Source: an uncultured Armatimonadetes bacterium (GTDB lineage: Bacteria; Armatimonadota; Fimbriimonadia; Fimbriimonadales; Fimbriimonadaceae). From it: DNA of 64,000 nucleotides. A program made the position numbers and the translations under genes. Shown piece by piece: positions 1-9,494 of the stretch (its first letter is position 1; each line of letters opens with the position of its first letter). The notes below the pieces were generated by a model. It searched no databases. It saw nothing but the letters and a program-made list of their open reading frames with translations, and was not told where the DNA came from. Where the stretch lies: contig CAIUHP010000067.1 in the NCBI GenBank assembly GCA_903899015.1, positions 9,796-73,795 on the forward strand, read 5' to 3'.

Positions 1-591
1 CGAGAATACGATCGCCTCAAGCGCGCCATCCGGGCTGCTCACCTTGTCAACGTCAAACGCATTCGAATCTTCTCACCTATGGTTGCAGATGATCAGCACG
101 ATGAATTGGCAAGCAAAGTGATGGATTGGATGCACTCCCAAAAGCGACTCGCAGAAGCGGAGGGCGTGATTCTGATTCACGAAAACGACGACCGCTATTG
201 GGGAGCCCATCCTAAAAACGCAAAGCGCATGATGGAGACACTCGCGGGTGATCATTTCCGCTTTGCATACGACTTTGCCAATACGGTTTTACAGGGCTAC
301 CGAACGATGACCGATTGGTTCCCTTGGGTCATTCCCTACATCGACACCCTCCATATCAAAGACGCCATAGAGGCCGACCATCAAGTCGTAAAGGCAGGTG
401 CGGGAGAAGGCCAAATTCTTGAAGGCCTGCAAGCACTCATGACGGCGGGTTGGAAGGGTCCCCTGACGATTGAGCCCCATCTTGCCGCTGCCGGCCCCTT
501 TGGTGGTTTTTCGGGTGCCGAGTTGTTTGAAGTCGCAGTGACCGCACTTCGCGAGGTGGCGGACCAGGCGGGAGTCGTTTTTAATGATTAA
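1..591 (+). CDS. sugar phosphate isomerase/epimerase (xylose-isomerase-like TIM barrel), 5' end outside window
   Basis: Frame 1 is open from nt 1 (REYDRLKRAIRAAHLVNVKRIRIFS) into the listed 79..591 ORF. IHENDDRYWG, TLHIKD and LTIEPH resemble this TIM-barrel family. Its stop overlaps the next start (ATGATTAA). Confidence 0.75.
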   Translation, partial: REYDRLKRAIRAAHLVNVKRIRIFSPMVADDQHDELASKVMDWMHSQKRLAEAEGVILIHENDDRYWGAHPKNAKRMMETLAGDHFRFAYDFANTVLQGYRTMTDWFPWVIPYIDTLHIKDAIEADHQVVKAGAGEGQILEGLQALMTAGWKGPLTIEPHLAAAGPFGGFSGAELFEVAVTALREVADQAGVVFND

Positions 592-1651
592 GTACGGAGT
601 AATTGGTTGCGGTGCCATACATGGCGTCCACTGTGAAGCGCTTCAAAACATCGAAGGTGCCCACCTTGTGGGTGTTTTTGATATCGTCTACGAACGCGCA
701 GAACAAACCGCCACCAAGTTTGGAGTCACCCCTTTCAAGACTATTCAAGAGCTCTTTGCAGCTGTAGATGCGGTTACCGTGTGCGTGCCGAGCGGACTTC
801 ATGCCGAGATCGGCATCCAGGCTGCGCGGGCAGGATTGCATGTCCTGGTTGAAAAACCCATTGACGTCACCCTTGAAAAAGCGACTGCCCTCGTAGAGGC
901 ATGTGAAGACGCAGGTGTCAAGTTCGCGACCGTTTCCCAACACCGCTTTTCCGACCAAGTTCGAAAACTCCACGATGCCGCCCAATCCGGAGGGCTCGGA
1001 ACACTCCTTCAAGGCGATGCCTACATCAAGTGGTACCGAACCCAGGCATATTACGACAGCGGTGATTGGCGCGGAACTTGGAAGCTGGATGGAGGAGGTT
1101 GCCTGATCAATCAAGGCGTCCACTACATCGACATGATCCAGTGGATTATGGGAGGAGTCAAATCGGTCCAGGCCCAAGTTCGAACGGCAGCCCATGATAT
1201 CGAAGTTGAAGATATTGCTAACGCTCTAGTTGAATATAAAAATGGCGCGATCGGCGTTATCCAAGGCTCAACGAGTTTCTATCCAGGACTCGCTGAACGA
1301 CTAGAAGTTCACGGGCGTCATGGGTCCGTTATCCTCGAAGGCGACAAACCGAAACTCTGGAAGGTCGATCAAGTTGCGGCAAACGAGGGACTTTACGGAG
1401 GTGGAGTCCTGATGCAGCCGACTCCGAGTTTGCATCTCCACGATCAAGAAGATATCGTCGCGAACGCAGCAAGTGACCCAACCGCCGTTTGGGGCGAGCA
1501 GCATCGACTTCAAATTGAAGACTTTACGAACGCAATTATCAACGACGGCGAGCCTTTCATGACCGACAGAATGGCCCTTGAACCCCTGAAGATCATCATG
1601 GCCATTTATGAAAGCAGTCGCCGCGGCGGAGCAAAGGTGGAACTCGCATGA
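584..1651 (+). CDS. Gfo/Idh/MocA family NAD(P)-dependent oxidoreductase
   Basis: N-terminal Rossmann motif KYGVIGCGAIHG, plus the EKP motif (LVEKPID) typical of the family. 355 aa, overlaps both neighbours by a few nt. Confidence 0.9.
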   Translation: MIKYGVIGCGAIHGVHCEALQNIEGAHLVGVFDIVYERAEQTATKFGVTPFKTIQELFAAVDAVTVCVPSGLHAEIGIQAARAGLHVLVEKPIDVTLEKATALVEACEDAGVKFATVSQHRFSDQVRKLHDAAQSGGLGTLLQGDAYIKWYRTQAYYDSGDWRGTWKLDGGGCLINQGVHYIDMIQWIMGGVKSVQAQVRTAAHDIEVEDIANALVEYKNGAIGVIQGSTSFYPGLAERLEVHGRHGSVILEGDKPKLWKVDQVAANEGLYGGGVLMQPTPSLHLHDQEDIVANAASDPTAVWGEQHRLQIEDFTNAIINDGEPFMTDRMALEPLKIIMAIYESSRRGGAKVELA

Positions 1652-2400
1652 AATTTGGCGTTTGTTGCAGTCTGGCGGACGTTCCTACCGTTCTCAAAGC
1701 TGGGTTTGATTATGTTGAATTAGGCGCGAATTCCCTAAGTGATGACGAATCACTCTACCAAGGGCTTCCGACCGAAGTCACCAACCTGTTCTTTCCAGGT
1801 TCCGTAAAGCTATTTGGCCCGGATGCGACTCCCTACCTCGATATTGCCCGTGCGAATGTCGATCGAGCGGCAAAGATCGGGGTTCAAACGATGGTTATCG
1901 GAAGCGGAGCCTCTCGAAACGCCCCAGATGGGGTCGACCGCGACTGGTGTGAGCGTGAATTTGTGTTGATCGCAGCCGTTGTTGCCAATTACGCAAAGCA
2001 GTACGGAATCACTATCGCGCCGGAGTCATTGAACCGGTCAGAAACCAATATCGGGAATGATCTAGGCTGTTTAGCTTTAGCCCTCAAGGATGCAGGAGCC
2101 GGATACACCGCAGACTCTTATCATGTTCTTTACGAGTGGCATGAAAATTTCCCCGATGAAGCGTATCCAAGTGCTTCACATTGGGAAGATCAAGTTCCTT
2201 TTCTTCCGAGCCACGTTCATATCGCCGACCTTCCCCGCTTTGCTCCCAAACCGGGAGACCCGATGGTCGAAGGCTTCGCTAACCGTCTGTTGAGTCTTGG
2301 GTACAACGGACGAATCAGCCTTGAGTACCGCCGCGGCGAGAACTACGAATCCGAACTTGTTACCGCCCTAAGAGACCTCAAAACACTTTTCCAATCCTAA
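1648..2400 (+). CDS. sugar phosphate isomerase/epimerase (TIM barrel)
   Basis: 250 aa. MKFGVC..AGFDYVEL start, APE and SLEY-type strand ends typical of xylose-isomerase-like TIM barrels. ATGA overlap with the upstream gene. Confidence 0.75.
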   Translation: MKFGVCCSLADVPTVLKAGFDYVELGANSLSDDESLYQGLPTEVTNLFFPGSVKLFGPDATPYLDIARANVDRAAKIGVQTMVIGSGASRNAPDGVDRDWCEREFVLIAAVVANYAKQYGITIAPESLNRSETNIGNDLGCLALALKDAGAGYTADSYHVLYEWHENFPDEAYPSASHWEDQVPFLPSHVHIADLPRFAPKPGDPMVEGFANRLLSLGYNGRISLEYRRGENYESELVTALRDLKTLFQS

Positions 2401-2405
2401 ACATC

Positions 2406-3365
2406 ATGCCCCTAGTAGACCTACCCCTTGCCGAGTTAGAACAATATCAAGGCCGCAATCCGCGCCCGGAAGATTTCGATGAATTTTGGGACGCTGGCTT
2501 AGCAGAAATGCGCGCCTTAGATCCTAAGGTTGAACTGAAGGAACATTCCCTGGCCCAGTCCTTTGCAGAGTGCTTTGAGCTTCGATTTACGGGAGTCGGT
2601 GGGGCTCGAGTCTTTGCAAAACTCCTTCGACCCAAGAATCTTCAAGCTCCCGCGCCAGCCGTCATCGGATTTCACGGTTACAGCATGCATAGCGGCGAAT
2701 GGGCCGACAAGCTGAACTATGTCGCGAACGGATTTGTCGTGGTCCACATGGATTGTCGGGGACAAGGCGGAAAATCAGAGGACGTTGGCGGCATCGTCGG
2801 CACTACCCTTAATGGTCACATTATTCGCGGATTGGACGACAAGCCAGAAAAGATGCTCTATCGTCACATCTTCCTTGACTGCGCCCAACTCGCGGGAATT
2901 GTTATGGATATGCCAGAAGTTGACATGTCACGAGTGGGAGTCATGGGTGGTTCTCAAGGCGGTGGATTGACGATTGCATGTGCGGCCCTTGAACCTCGAA
3001 TCGCTAAAGCAGCTCCGACTTTCCCGTTCCTTTCCGACTACCAGCGAGTATGGGAGATGGACTTAGCTACCAACGCTTACGCTGAGCTTAAGACCTTCTT
3101 CCGCAATCACGACCCTCGCCACGAGCGCAAAGCCCAGATCTTCCGCCAACTTGGCTACATCGACATTCAGCATCTTGCTCCTCGAATTCAGGCCGAAGTG
3201 ATGATGGGAGTTGGATTGATGGACACTATTTGTCCCCCTTCAACCCAGTTCGCGGCTTTCAACAAAATCAACTCGAAGAAACGACATGTCATTTATCCTG
3301 ACTTCGGCCACGAGGGCCTACCTGGATTCAATGACATGGTTTACGAGTTTATTGGGAGTCTGTAA
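2406..3365 (+). CDS. acetylxylan esterase / cephalosporin-C deacetylase (CE7 family)
   Basis: 319 aa. The N-terminal LAELEQYQGRNPRPEDFDEFW is typical of CE7. Nucleophile elbow GGSQGGG, and a C-terminal H in DFGHE. Confidence 0.85.
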   Translation: MPLVDLPLAELEQYQGRNPRPEDFDEFWDAGLAEMRALDPKVELKEHSLAQSFAECFELRFTGVGGARVFAKLLRPKNLQAPAPAVIGFHGYSMHSGEWADKLNYVANGFVVVHMDCRGQGGKSEDVGGIVGTTLNGHIIRGLDDKPEKMLYRHIFLDCAQLAGIVMDMPEVDMSRVGVMGGSQGGGLTIACAALEPRIAKAAPTFPFLSDYQRVWEMDLATNAYAELKTFFRNHDPRHERKAQIFRQLGYIDIQHLAPRIQAEVMMGVGLMDTICPPSTQFAAFNKINSKKRHVIYPDFGHEGLPGFNDMVYEFIGSL

Positions 3366-3373
3366 AACGTCTC

Positions 3374-4681
3374 TTGGCAAGCTTTGGTACTCCTCATAAC
3401 CGAGCTTCCGAGCTTGCCTTAGAGATTTACGCGAATGTTCTTGAAGAAGTCCGCGCAGATCGCCTGGTCCAACGAGCTGTCGAACGGGCCGGTGACTACC
3501 TCTTTGTCCATGGAAACCACATTGATCTGAGCTCCTTTGACCGAGTTTGGATTGCCGGGGCCGGTAAGGCTTCCGTGACCATGGCTCACGCTCTTGGTGA
3601 CATCCTGGGTCCTAAACTCGCTGGTGGTTTGGTGATCACGAAATCGGGCTACGGATTTCCGTTACCCGGGATAGAGGTCATCGAGTCAAGCCATCCAATA
3701 CCGGATGAAACTTCTCTCTTGGCAGGTGAGCGGATGATCCAATTCGGTGAGAGCCTCACTGAAAAGGATCTCGTGATCTTTACTTTATCTGGCGGAGCTT
3801 CGGCGCTAATGGAATCCTTAGTGCCTTCAGTCTCTCTCGAAGACCTTCGGGCCACTACCCAAGCATTAATGGCGAACAGTTCCTCCATCAGCCAACTCAA
3901 TTACGTCCGTTCCAAGCTCTCCCGAATCAAGGGCGGAAAGCTGTCTCAGGTCTTTTTCCCTGCTACTGTTATCGTCCTAGTGCTTTCAGACGTTATTGGA
4001 AATGACCTAAGAATCGTAGGGTCAGGACCTTTCTTTACTCCATCTCGAACCGTGCTAAGGTCGCGCTTTACGTCTCCAATTGTGTTTCCACAGGGACTTT
4101 TCTCGAAACCAGTCTCTGACCTACGTGAAAACCAGAGCCTGAACTTGTGGAGTGCGTTCCCTGATGTTCAACATTACGTTGTCGGTTCCATCTCAGTCGC
4201 CATTCATGCGGCGACCGACGCAGCCCGAGCGGTTGGACTGGGGCCTCTTCCATATGCCGACCCGATGTTGGGAGAAGCCAGAACCATGGCAGGAAAGATA
4301 TGCCGCCATGCAAGCCAGAGAAACCTGTATCACCAATGCATGATTTTTGGTGGCGAAACAACCGTTACGCTTCACGGCAACGGGATCGGAGGCAGGAGTC
4401 AGGAAATGGCGGTCGCGGCCGCCTCTGCAATATCCAAATTGCCAAACACCTGCTTTCTTGCTGCCGGAACCGACGGATCTGATGGACCAACGGACGCGGC
4501 GGGCGGAATAGTCGATCCTGACTCCATGAACCGTGCCCGTTCTGCAGGTTTTCGCGTTCCTAAGACCCTAAAAGAAAACGATTCCTATCACTTTCTTGAA
4601 GCATGCGACGGATTGATTAAGACTGGACCAACGGGATCAAACGTAAACGATCTCGTCTTGGTGGTCCAAGCAGAAAATTAA
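3374..4681 (+). CDS. glycerate 2-kinase (DUF4147/MOFRL family)
   Basis: 435 aa with a TTG start. GAGKAS near the N-terminus, and GGETTVTL..GGRSQE..AGTDGSDGPTDAAG, the MOFRL C-terminal signature. Confidence 0.85.
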   Translation: MASFGTPHNRASELALEIYANVLEEVRADRLVQRAVERAGDYLFVHGNHIDLSSFDRVWIAGAGKASVTMAHALGDILGPKLAGGLVITKSGYGFPLPGIEVIESSHPIPDETSLLAGERMIQFGESLTEKDLVIFTLSGGASALMESLVPSVSLEDLRATTQALMANSSSISQLNYVRSKLSRIKGGKLSQVFFPATVIVLVLSDVIGNDLRIVGSGPFFTPSRTVLRSRFTSPIVFPQGLFSKPVSDLRENQSLNLWSAFPDVQHYVVGSISVAIHAATDAARAVGLGPLPYADPMLGEARTMAGKICRHASQRNLYHQCMIFGGETTVTLHGNGIGGRSQEMAVAAASAISKLPNTCFLAAGTDGSDGPTDAAGGIVDPDSMNRARSAGFRVPKTLKENDSYHFLEACDGLIKTGPTGSNVNDLVLVVQAEN

Positions 4682-4687
4682 GGCAGT

Positions 4688-4731
4688 AAAAAAAGAGTGA
4701 TCATTCGTCCCTTTGCGGGGCGAATGATCAC
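4688..4731. terminator. bidirectional intrinsic terminator between convergent genes
   Basis: Perfect 11-bp stem GTGATCATTCG (4697-4707) / CGAATGATCAC (4721-4731). It is preceded by A7 (4688-4694), which reads as a T-run on the minus strand. Confidence 0.6.
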
Positions 4732-4745
4732 ATATGCGCTCAACC

Positions 4746-5555
4746 CTATCTTGGTGGCTCAGAGCCAATTTGTTGATAGTAGGAAGCACTCTGCAACGAC
4801 TCGTCCGGGAAGTAGTTGTTATACGTAAGTGCGAGAGCAAGAATAAACACCGGATAGCTGAACAGCGCACCAACACCACAGGCACAGAATCCGAGCATCA
4901 CGACTATACCTAGCAAGAACATGAAGCCAAACATGCTCCATGCCTCACGCTTCAAAGCCTCATAGCTTATCGTGAGAGAGTCAATGACGGAAGCATTCCG
5001 GTCGAGTACAAGTAGAGGCACAAACGCCAAGACCCCTAAAGCGTAAAAGCCTGGTATCAGGAAAAGCAAAGTTCCAATTCCCGTGATGATGCTCGCGAGC
5101 GTGTAAGCCAAAATAAGTCGCCAACCACCTTTATAGCCGGCGAATAAGTCGGTTGGAGAGACAGCATAACCTCTCACTCGTCGAACCCCCATCATCATGA
5201 GTCCGGCTTGAATCGGATAGGTCAACATTCCACCGGCAAAGCTCAAGAGAACCGCTCCAATCAAACCTGCAATCGACAAACCATTCGCGCCACGTGAAGA
5301 AACTAGCGAAAGAGAGCCATACATCAATAAGTTATTGAAAATACTGATCACCATATTCACGCCATACGTGACGCCAAACATGATCAGAGTGGCTACAACC
5401 CAAGTTCCCATATCGCTATTAACGATCTTCCATGCCTCTCCGATGTAGTCGAAGTAAACCCCTGGTGGTCTCCCCGGGCCATTAGGAACAAAATTTCCCC
5501 GTGGGTAATTCGAGAACTCAGAATTTTGATGTGGTGGAGGGGGAAAATCAGACAT
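4746..5555 (-). CDS. multi-pass membrane protein with Pro-rich N-terminus (DUF975-like topology)
   Basis: I prefer the internal ATG at 5555 (MSDFPPPPHQ) because AGGAG lies about 8 nt upstream. About 6 hydrophobic segments. No catalytic motif recognised. Confidence 0.6.
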   Translation of the reverse strand: MSDFPPPPHQNSEFSNYPRGNFVPNGPGRPPGVYFDYIGEAWKIVNSDMGTWVVATLIMFGVTYGVNMVISIFNNLLMYGSLSLVSSRGANGLSIAGLIGAVLLSFAGGMLTYPIQAGLMMMGVRRVRGYAVSPTDLFAGYKGGWRLILAYTLASIITGIGTLLFLIPGFYALGVLAFVPLLVLDRNASVIDSLTISYEALKREAWSMFGFMFLLGIVVMLGFCACGVGALFSYPVFILALALTYNNYFPDESLQSASYYQQIGSEPPR

Positions 5556-5650
5556 AGAAAAGAGACTCCTAACAAGAAGACGAAACTCAGCAAAACTTGA
5601 TTCACGGACTTTGCACTGTTGTGCCAAGCCATTCAAGCCTAATCTTTCCG

Positions 5651-5690
5651 CACACAACAAAACGGGACCTCGTTGCCGAAGTCCCGTTTT
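5651..5690 (-). terminator. intrinsic terminator downstream of infB
   Basis: 10-bp stem AAAACGGGAC (5659-5668) / GTCCCGTTTT (5681-5690). On the minus strand it is followed by TTTTGTTGTGTG. Confidence 0.7.
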
Positions 5691-5718
5691 CAGAGTCTAG
5701 CTCGTTACCTAAACAATT

Positions 5719-7635
5719 TTAGCCGTTGATTTGAACCATCTCGAAGGCTTCAACCATGTCACCTTCTTTGAAGTCAGTCCAATCGTCAAAGGTTAGACCA
5801 CACTCCATACCCAGAGTGACTTCTTTGACGTCGTCCTTGAGGTGCTTGAGGGTGCCGATCTTGCCTTCGTAAACCAAGACGTTAGCCCGTCGAATTCGAC
5901 ATTGTGCGTTTCGCGTGACCTTGCCCTCGGTAACGTAGGATCCTGCGATGATTCCCTTCTTCGAGAACTGGAATCGCACACGAATCTCAACCGTTCCAAG
6001 ATGCTGTTCTTCGTATTTCGGTTCGAGCATGCCCTTCACAGCCGCTTCGATATCTTCGATCAATTCATAGATGATCGTGTAAGTTCGAATTTCAACTCGG
6101 CGTCGCTCGGCTTCTCGCCGCGCACCAGGCTCGGCTTTCACACCGAAACCGATAACGATCGCTTCGGATGCACTAGCCAAGAGAATATCGCTCTCAGTAA
6201 TCGAGCCTACGCCGCTAAGAATGACTTTCGCTTCGACTTCTTCGTTCTTAACCTTCTCAAGCATGCCCTTAACGGCTTCAACTGAACCTTGAACGTCCGC
6301 CTTAATGATCAAGTTGAGATCTTTAAGTTCTTGAGTGTTCAAGCGCTCACGAAGCTGACTAAGTGTCATTCCTCGAGAAGGAGCTTCCAGCGACTTTGCT
6401 CGAGAAATCGTAGCCCGCTTCTCGGCAATTTCGCGAGCGGCTCGCTCGTCAACCGCGATTTCAATTCGGTCGCCAGCTTGAGGAACATCGTTCAGACCAA
6501 GAATTTCGACCGGTGTCGAAGGTCCAGCTTCGGTCATTCGATTACCTCGATAGTCCGTCATTGCCTTCATCCGACCATAGGTTTGGCCGACAACGATGTT
6601 ATCCGTGATCTTGAGGGTTCCGCTTTGAACAAGAACCGTTGCAACCGGGCCACGTCCTTTTTCTAGCTTCGCTTCGATAACCGAACCTTCCAAGTTCCCT
6701 TTTGGATCAGCGGTTAGCTGAAGCACTTCGGCCTGTAGCAAAATCATTTCCAAGAGGTGCGGAACGCCTTCTCCCGTAATTGCGGAAACCGGACAAATGA
6801 TCGTGTCACCACCGTATGCTTCCGGAATAACGTTGAACTCTGGGAGCTGCTGCATCACTTTGTCTGGATTTGCATCCGGTCGGTCGATCTTGTTGACCGC
6901 TACGATAATGGGAACCTTAGCGTTCTTAGCGTGCTGAATGGCCTCTCGTGTCTGAGGCATGATGCCGTCATCAGCTGCAACGACCAGAATGGCAATATCC
7001 GTTACCTGTGCACCACGAGCACGCATGTTTGTAAAGGCAGCGTGACCGGGCGTATCCAAGAACGTGATGGTTCCTTCTGGAAGCGAGACTTGGTAGGCAC
7101 CAATATGCTGAGTGATTCCACCATGCTCTTTGGCGGCTACATTCGCTTTGCGGATGTAATCCAAAAGTGAAGTCTTGCCATGGTCAACGTGGCCAAGAAT
7201 GGTAACAACTGGGGGTCTGGTCCGGGCGCCGCCTTTCTTCCCGCCGTTCTGCTTAGGTTGAGCGGGCTTTGGCGCGGGCGCATCTTCAAGTCGAGCGGTA
7301 TAGCCAAATTGGCTAACCAATTTCTCCACGACATCTGGTTTCAAGGCTGTCGTCAGAGTCGCCATTACCTTCAATTTTGTTAGGAGAGCCTTCTGAACGT
7401 CCGCCTGAGGAACACCCAAAGCGTTGGATACGTCGCGCGGAGTTGGATTGGTTTTTAATACGATCTCTTTTGACCCGATGTGATCCGCAAGCGCTTCCTT
7501 GATGAGAGCTAAGCTGTCGTTATCAGCTTCAAATGCCATTCCGTCGTGTTCAATACCGAGATCGTTGAGGGCACCATATACCGTCCCCGGTGCAACTTCA
7601 AACTCCTTTGCGAGATCCGCGATGTTTACCGTCAT
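5719..7635 (-). CDS. infB: translation initiation factor IF-2
   Basis: G domain GHVDHGKTSLLD, DTPGH, NKID. The C-terminal IF2 domains are intact. ATG at 7635 (MTVNIADLAKE) has a GAGG/AAGAAGG SD upstream. The listed ORF extends to 7662. Confidence 0.95.
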   Translation of the reverse strand: MTVNIADLAKEFEVAPGTVYGALNDLGIEHDGMAFEADNDSLALIKEALADHIGSKEIVLKTNPTPRDVSNALGVPQADVQKALLTKLKVMATLTTALKPDVVEKLVSQFGYTARLEDAPAPKPAQPKQNGGKKGGARTRPPVVTILGHVDHGKTSLLDYIRKANVAAKEHGGITQHIGAYQVSLPEGTITFLDTPGHAAFTNMRARGAQVTDIAILVVAADDGIMPQTREAIQHAKNAKVPIIVAVNKIDRPDANPDKVMQQLPEFNVIPEAYGGDTIICPVSAITGEGVPHLLEMILLQAEVLQLTADPKGNLEGSVIEAKLEKGRGPVATVLVQSGTLKITDNIVVGQTYGRMKAMTDYRGNRMTEAGPSTPVEILGLNDVPQAGDRIEIAVDERAAREIAEKRATISRAKSLEAPSRGMTLSQLRERLNTQELKDLNLIIKADVQGSVEAVKGMLEKVKNEEVEAKVILSGVGSITESDILLASASEAIVIGFGVKAEPGARREAERRRVEIRTYTIIYELIEDIEAAVKGMLEPKYEEQHLGTVEIRVRFQFSKKGIIAGSYVTEGKVTRNAQCRIRRANVLVYEGKIGTLKHLKDDVKEVTLGMECGLTFDDWTDFKEGDMVEAFEMVQING

Positions 7636-7646
7636 ATTTGCCTTCT

Positions 7647-7895
7647 TTACCTCAGTTTGCATATCAATTCATCTTGCAGGACACGCCGGTCCTCACTGGC
7701 CACAGGCCCCTTCAGGGCACGCTCTAGCCTTCCCTTCGAAAGCGCTCCATCGATGCATTCCTGCTTCTTACAGATGTAAGCACTGCGCCCATGACCCTTC
7801 CACAGCGCGACGCGTCCCTCGAAATCTCGAGCGACGCGCCAAAAGAATCCCTGATCGTTCTTGTTTCTACAAGCGATACACGTTCTTTCCGGCAT
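7647..7895 (-). CDS. ylxR: YlxR/RnpM family RNA-binding protein (DUF448)
   Basis: MPERTCIACR..GRSAYIC motif. Located between nusA and infB, as in Gram-positive-type operons. Confidence 0.85.
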   Translation of the reverse strand: MPERTCIACRNKNDQGFFWRVARDFEGRVALWKGHGRSAYICKKQECIDGALSKGRLERALKGPVASEDRRVLQDELICKLR

Positions 7896-7931
7896 GTTGG
7901 CCAACAATCGTCCAAAGAAGTAGCGACATCG

Positions 7932-8975
7932 CTACTTCTTACCTTCCGTAGCGGCTTGGCTTTCGCTACGTATGTCGATCTTCCACTCAGTAAGACGTGC
8001 GGCCAATCGCACGTTCTGGCCTCCCTTTCCGATCGCAAGTGAAAGTTGGTTATCAGGGACAACCACATAGGCACTGCGCTCGTTTTCGTTCAGCTTGATC
8101 GAGTTCACCTTTGCAGGTGAAAGAGCGTCCGTAATGAACGTTCTTGGATCGTCGCTGTAAGGAACGACGTCAATCTTCTCGTCGTACAGCTCGTCTACGA
8201 TAGCCTGTACTCGTGCTCCTCGCGGGCCAATACAGGCTCCGATCGGATCCACGCGCTCGTCGGACGACTGGACGGCAATCTTACTCCGCTGTCCAGGTTC
8301 CCGAGCAACGCTCTTGATAACGACGATTCCCTGAGCGATCTCAGGAACTTCGAGTTCAAAAAGCTTCCGAAGAAGGTTCGGGTGCGTTCGGCTCACGATG
8401 ACACGAAGTCGTCGTGAACTATCGTCTACTTTATAGACATACACTCTTAGCCGATCATTAGGACGATAAGGTTCGGTTGGAACCTGTTCTCGCCTTGGTA
8501 ATTCGGCCTCGACCTTATTGACCTGAATGTAAACACTCTGGCCATCCTTTCGGCCGACCACACCGGTAACCACGTCTCCCATCTTTTCATGGAAAACATC
8601 GTGAATTCGGCGCGTCTCTGCTTCCCGGAGCTTCTGACTTAATACTTGTTTTGCTGTTTGCGCGGCTATTCGCCCGAATTGGTTCGGATCAACGCCAATC
8701 TGAACAAAGTCGCCGATTTCGACGTCGCTTTGCTTCTTTCTGGCATCATCTAGGCTGATCTGATATCGCGGTTCCGTCACAAATGCGACGACTTCTTTGC
8801 CTACAGTTGCGCTCAGCGGACTCAGTTTGATCGTTACGGTGACCGAAACGTCATTCTGGATGCCGATGAACTTCTTGTAAGCCACCGCAAGTGACTCCTC
8901 CAATTCGTGCTGTAGTTCGTGGAGTGGGATGTCCCTCTCCTGCGCAATTTGGTTGAGTTGCTGCAGAATATCCAT
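7932..8975 (-). CDS. nusA: transcription termination/antitermination factor NusA
   Basis: 347 aa with N-terminal domain, S1 and two KH domains (IGACIGPRGARV, AIGKGGQNVRLA). No C-terminal AR repeats. Confidence 0.95.
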   Translation of the reverse strand: MDILQQLNQIAQERDIPLHELQHELEESLAVAYKKFIGIQNDVSVTVTIKLSPLSATVGKEVVAFVTEPRYQISLDDARKKQSDVEIGDFVQIGVDPNQFGRIAAQTAKQVLSQKLREAETRRIHDVFHEKMGDVVTGVVGRKDGQSVYIQVNKVEAELPRREQVPTEPYRPNDRLRVYVYKVDDSSRRLRVIVSRTHPNLLRKLFELEVPEIAQGIVVIKSVAREPGQRSKIAVQSSDERVDPIGACIGPRGARVQAIVDELYDEKIDVVPYSDDPRTFITDALSPAKVNSIKLNENERSAYVVVPDNQLSLAIGKGGQNVRLAARLTEWKIDIRSESQAATEGKK

Positions 8976-8984
8976 CGGTTTTAA

Positions 8985-9033
8985 CCCTTCGTCCGGTACA
9001 AAAAAAGGCAGCCTAAGCCACCCTTCGTCCGGT
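8985..9033 (-). repeat. 13-bp direct repeat in the nusA leader
   Basis: CCCTTCGTCCGGT occurs at 8985-8997 and again at 9021-9033 (minus-strand reading ACCGGACGAAGGG). The copies flank an A7/T7 run. Confidence 0.6.
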
Positions 9034-9086
9034 CGCTCTTGATTTGTTATCAGAAGTATAGCACGCGAAACGGGTCTAATTCAGCT

Positions 9087-9452
9087 ATGGTCGCAGTCTT
9101 CGTTACAGGTTTAGAGTTCTATGCATTTCATGGCGTCTCCGATGAGGAGCAAGTTATCGGTCATCGTTACCGCATTGATCTTGAACTTCAGGTCTTGGGG
9201 TCGGCCAACCTCACAGATGATGTACATGACACTGTTGATTACGGATCCTTGAGTCAATTGGTCCTGAAGATTGGAAACTCACACCAGTATCGAACGGTGG
9301 AACGGCTAGGCCAAGTAATTGGCGATGCAATTCTGGCAGAATTCCCACTCGTACAATCCTTGTCAATTTCCGTTGCCAAACCTAATCCGCCAATGCCATT
9401 TGTTGCTGAACTCGCTGGTGCCAAACTAATTCTTTCTCGTTCAAGCAATTAG
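9087..9452 (+). CDS. folB: dihydroneopterin aldolase
   Basis: VTGLEFYAFHGVSDEEQVIGHRY..DTVDY pattern of FolB. ATG at 9087 preferred over the longer listed ORF. Confidence 0.8.
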   Translation: MVAVFVTGLEFYAFHGVSDEEQVIGHRYRIDLELQVLGSANLTDDVHDTVDYGSLSQLVLKIGNSHQYRTVERLGQVIGDAILAEFPLVQSLSISVAKPNPPMPFVAELAGAKLILSRSSN

Positions 9453-9494
9453 TTGGAAAGGTCTGGGCCTTCCATCTCCTAGTAAACTGTAGTC

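Noticed and set aside
581-1195. 204-aa minus-strand ORF antisense to the Gfo/Idh/MocA gene. Similar long antisense or off-frame ORFs occur at 31265-31849, 34669-35154, 43350-43916, 52181-52777 and 5842-6285.
   Set aside because: Each lies entirely inside a strongly motif-supported CDS on the other strand or in another frame. Each has low-complexity, Arg/Ser-rich composition typical of shadow ORFs.
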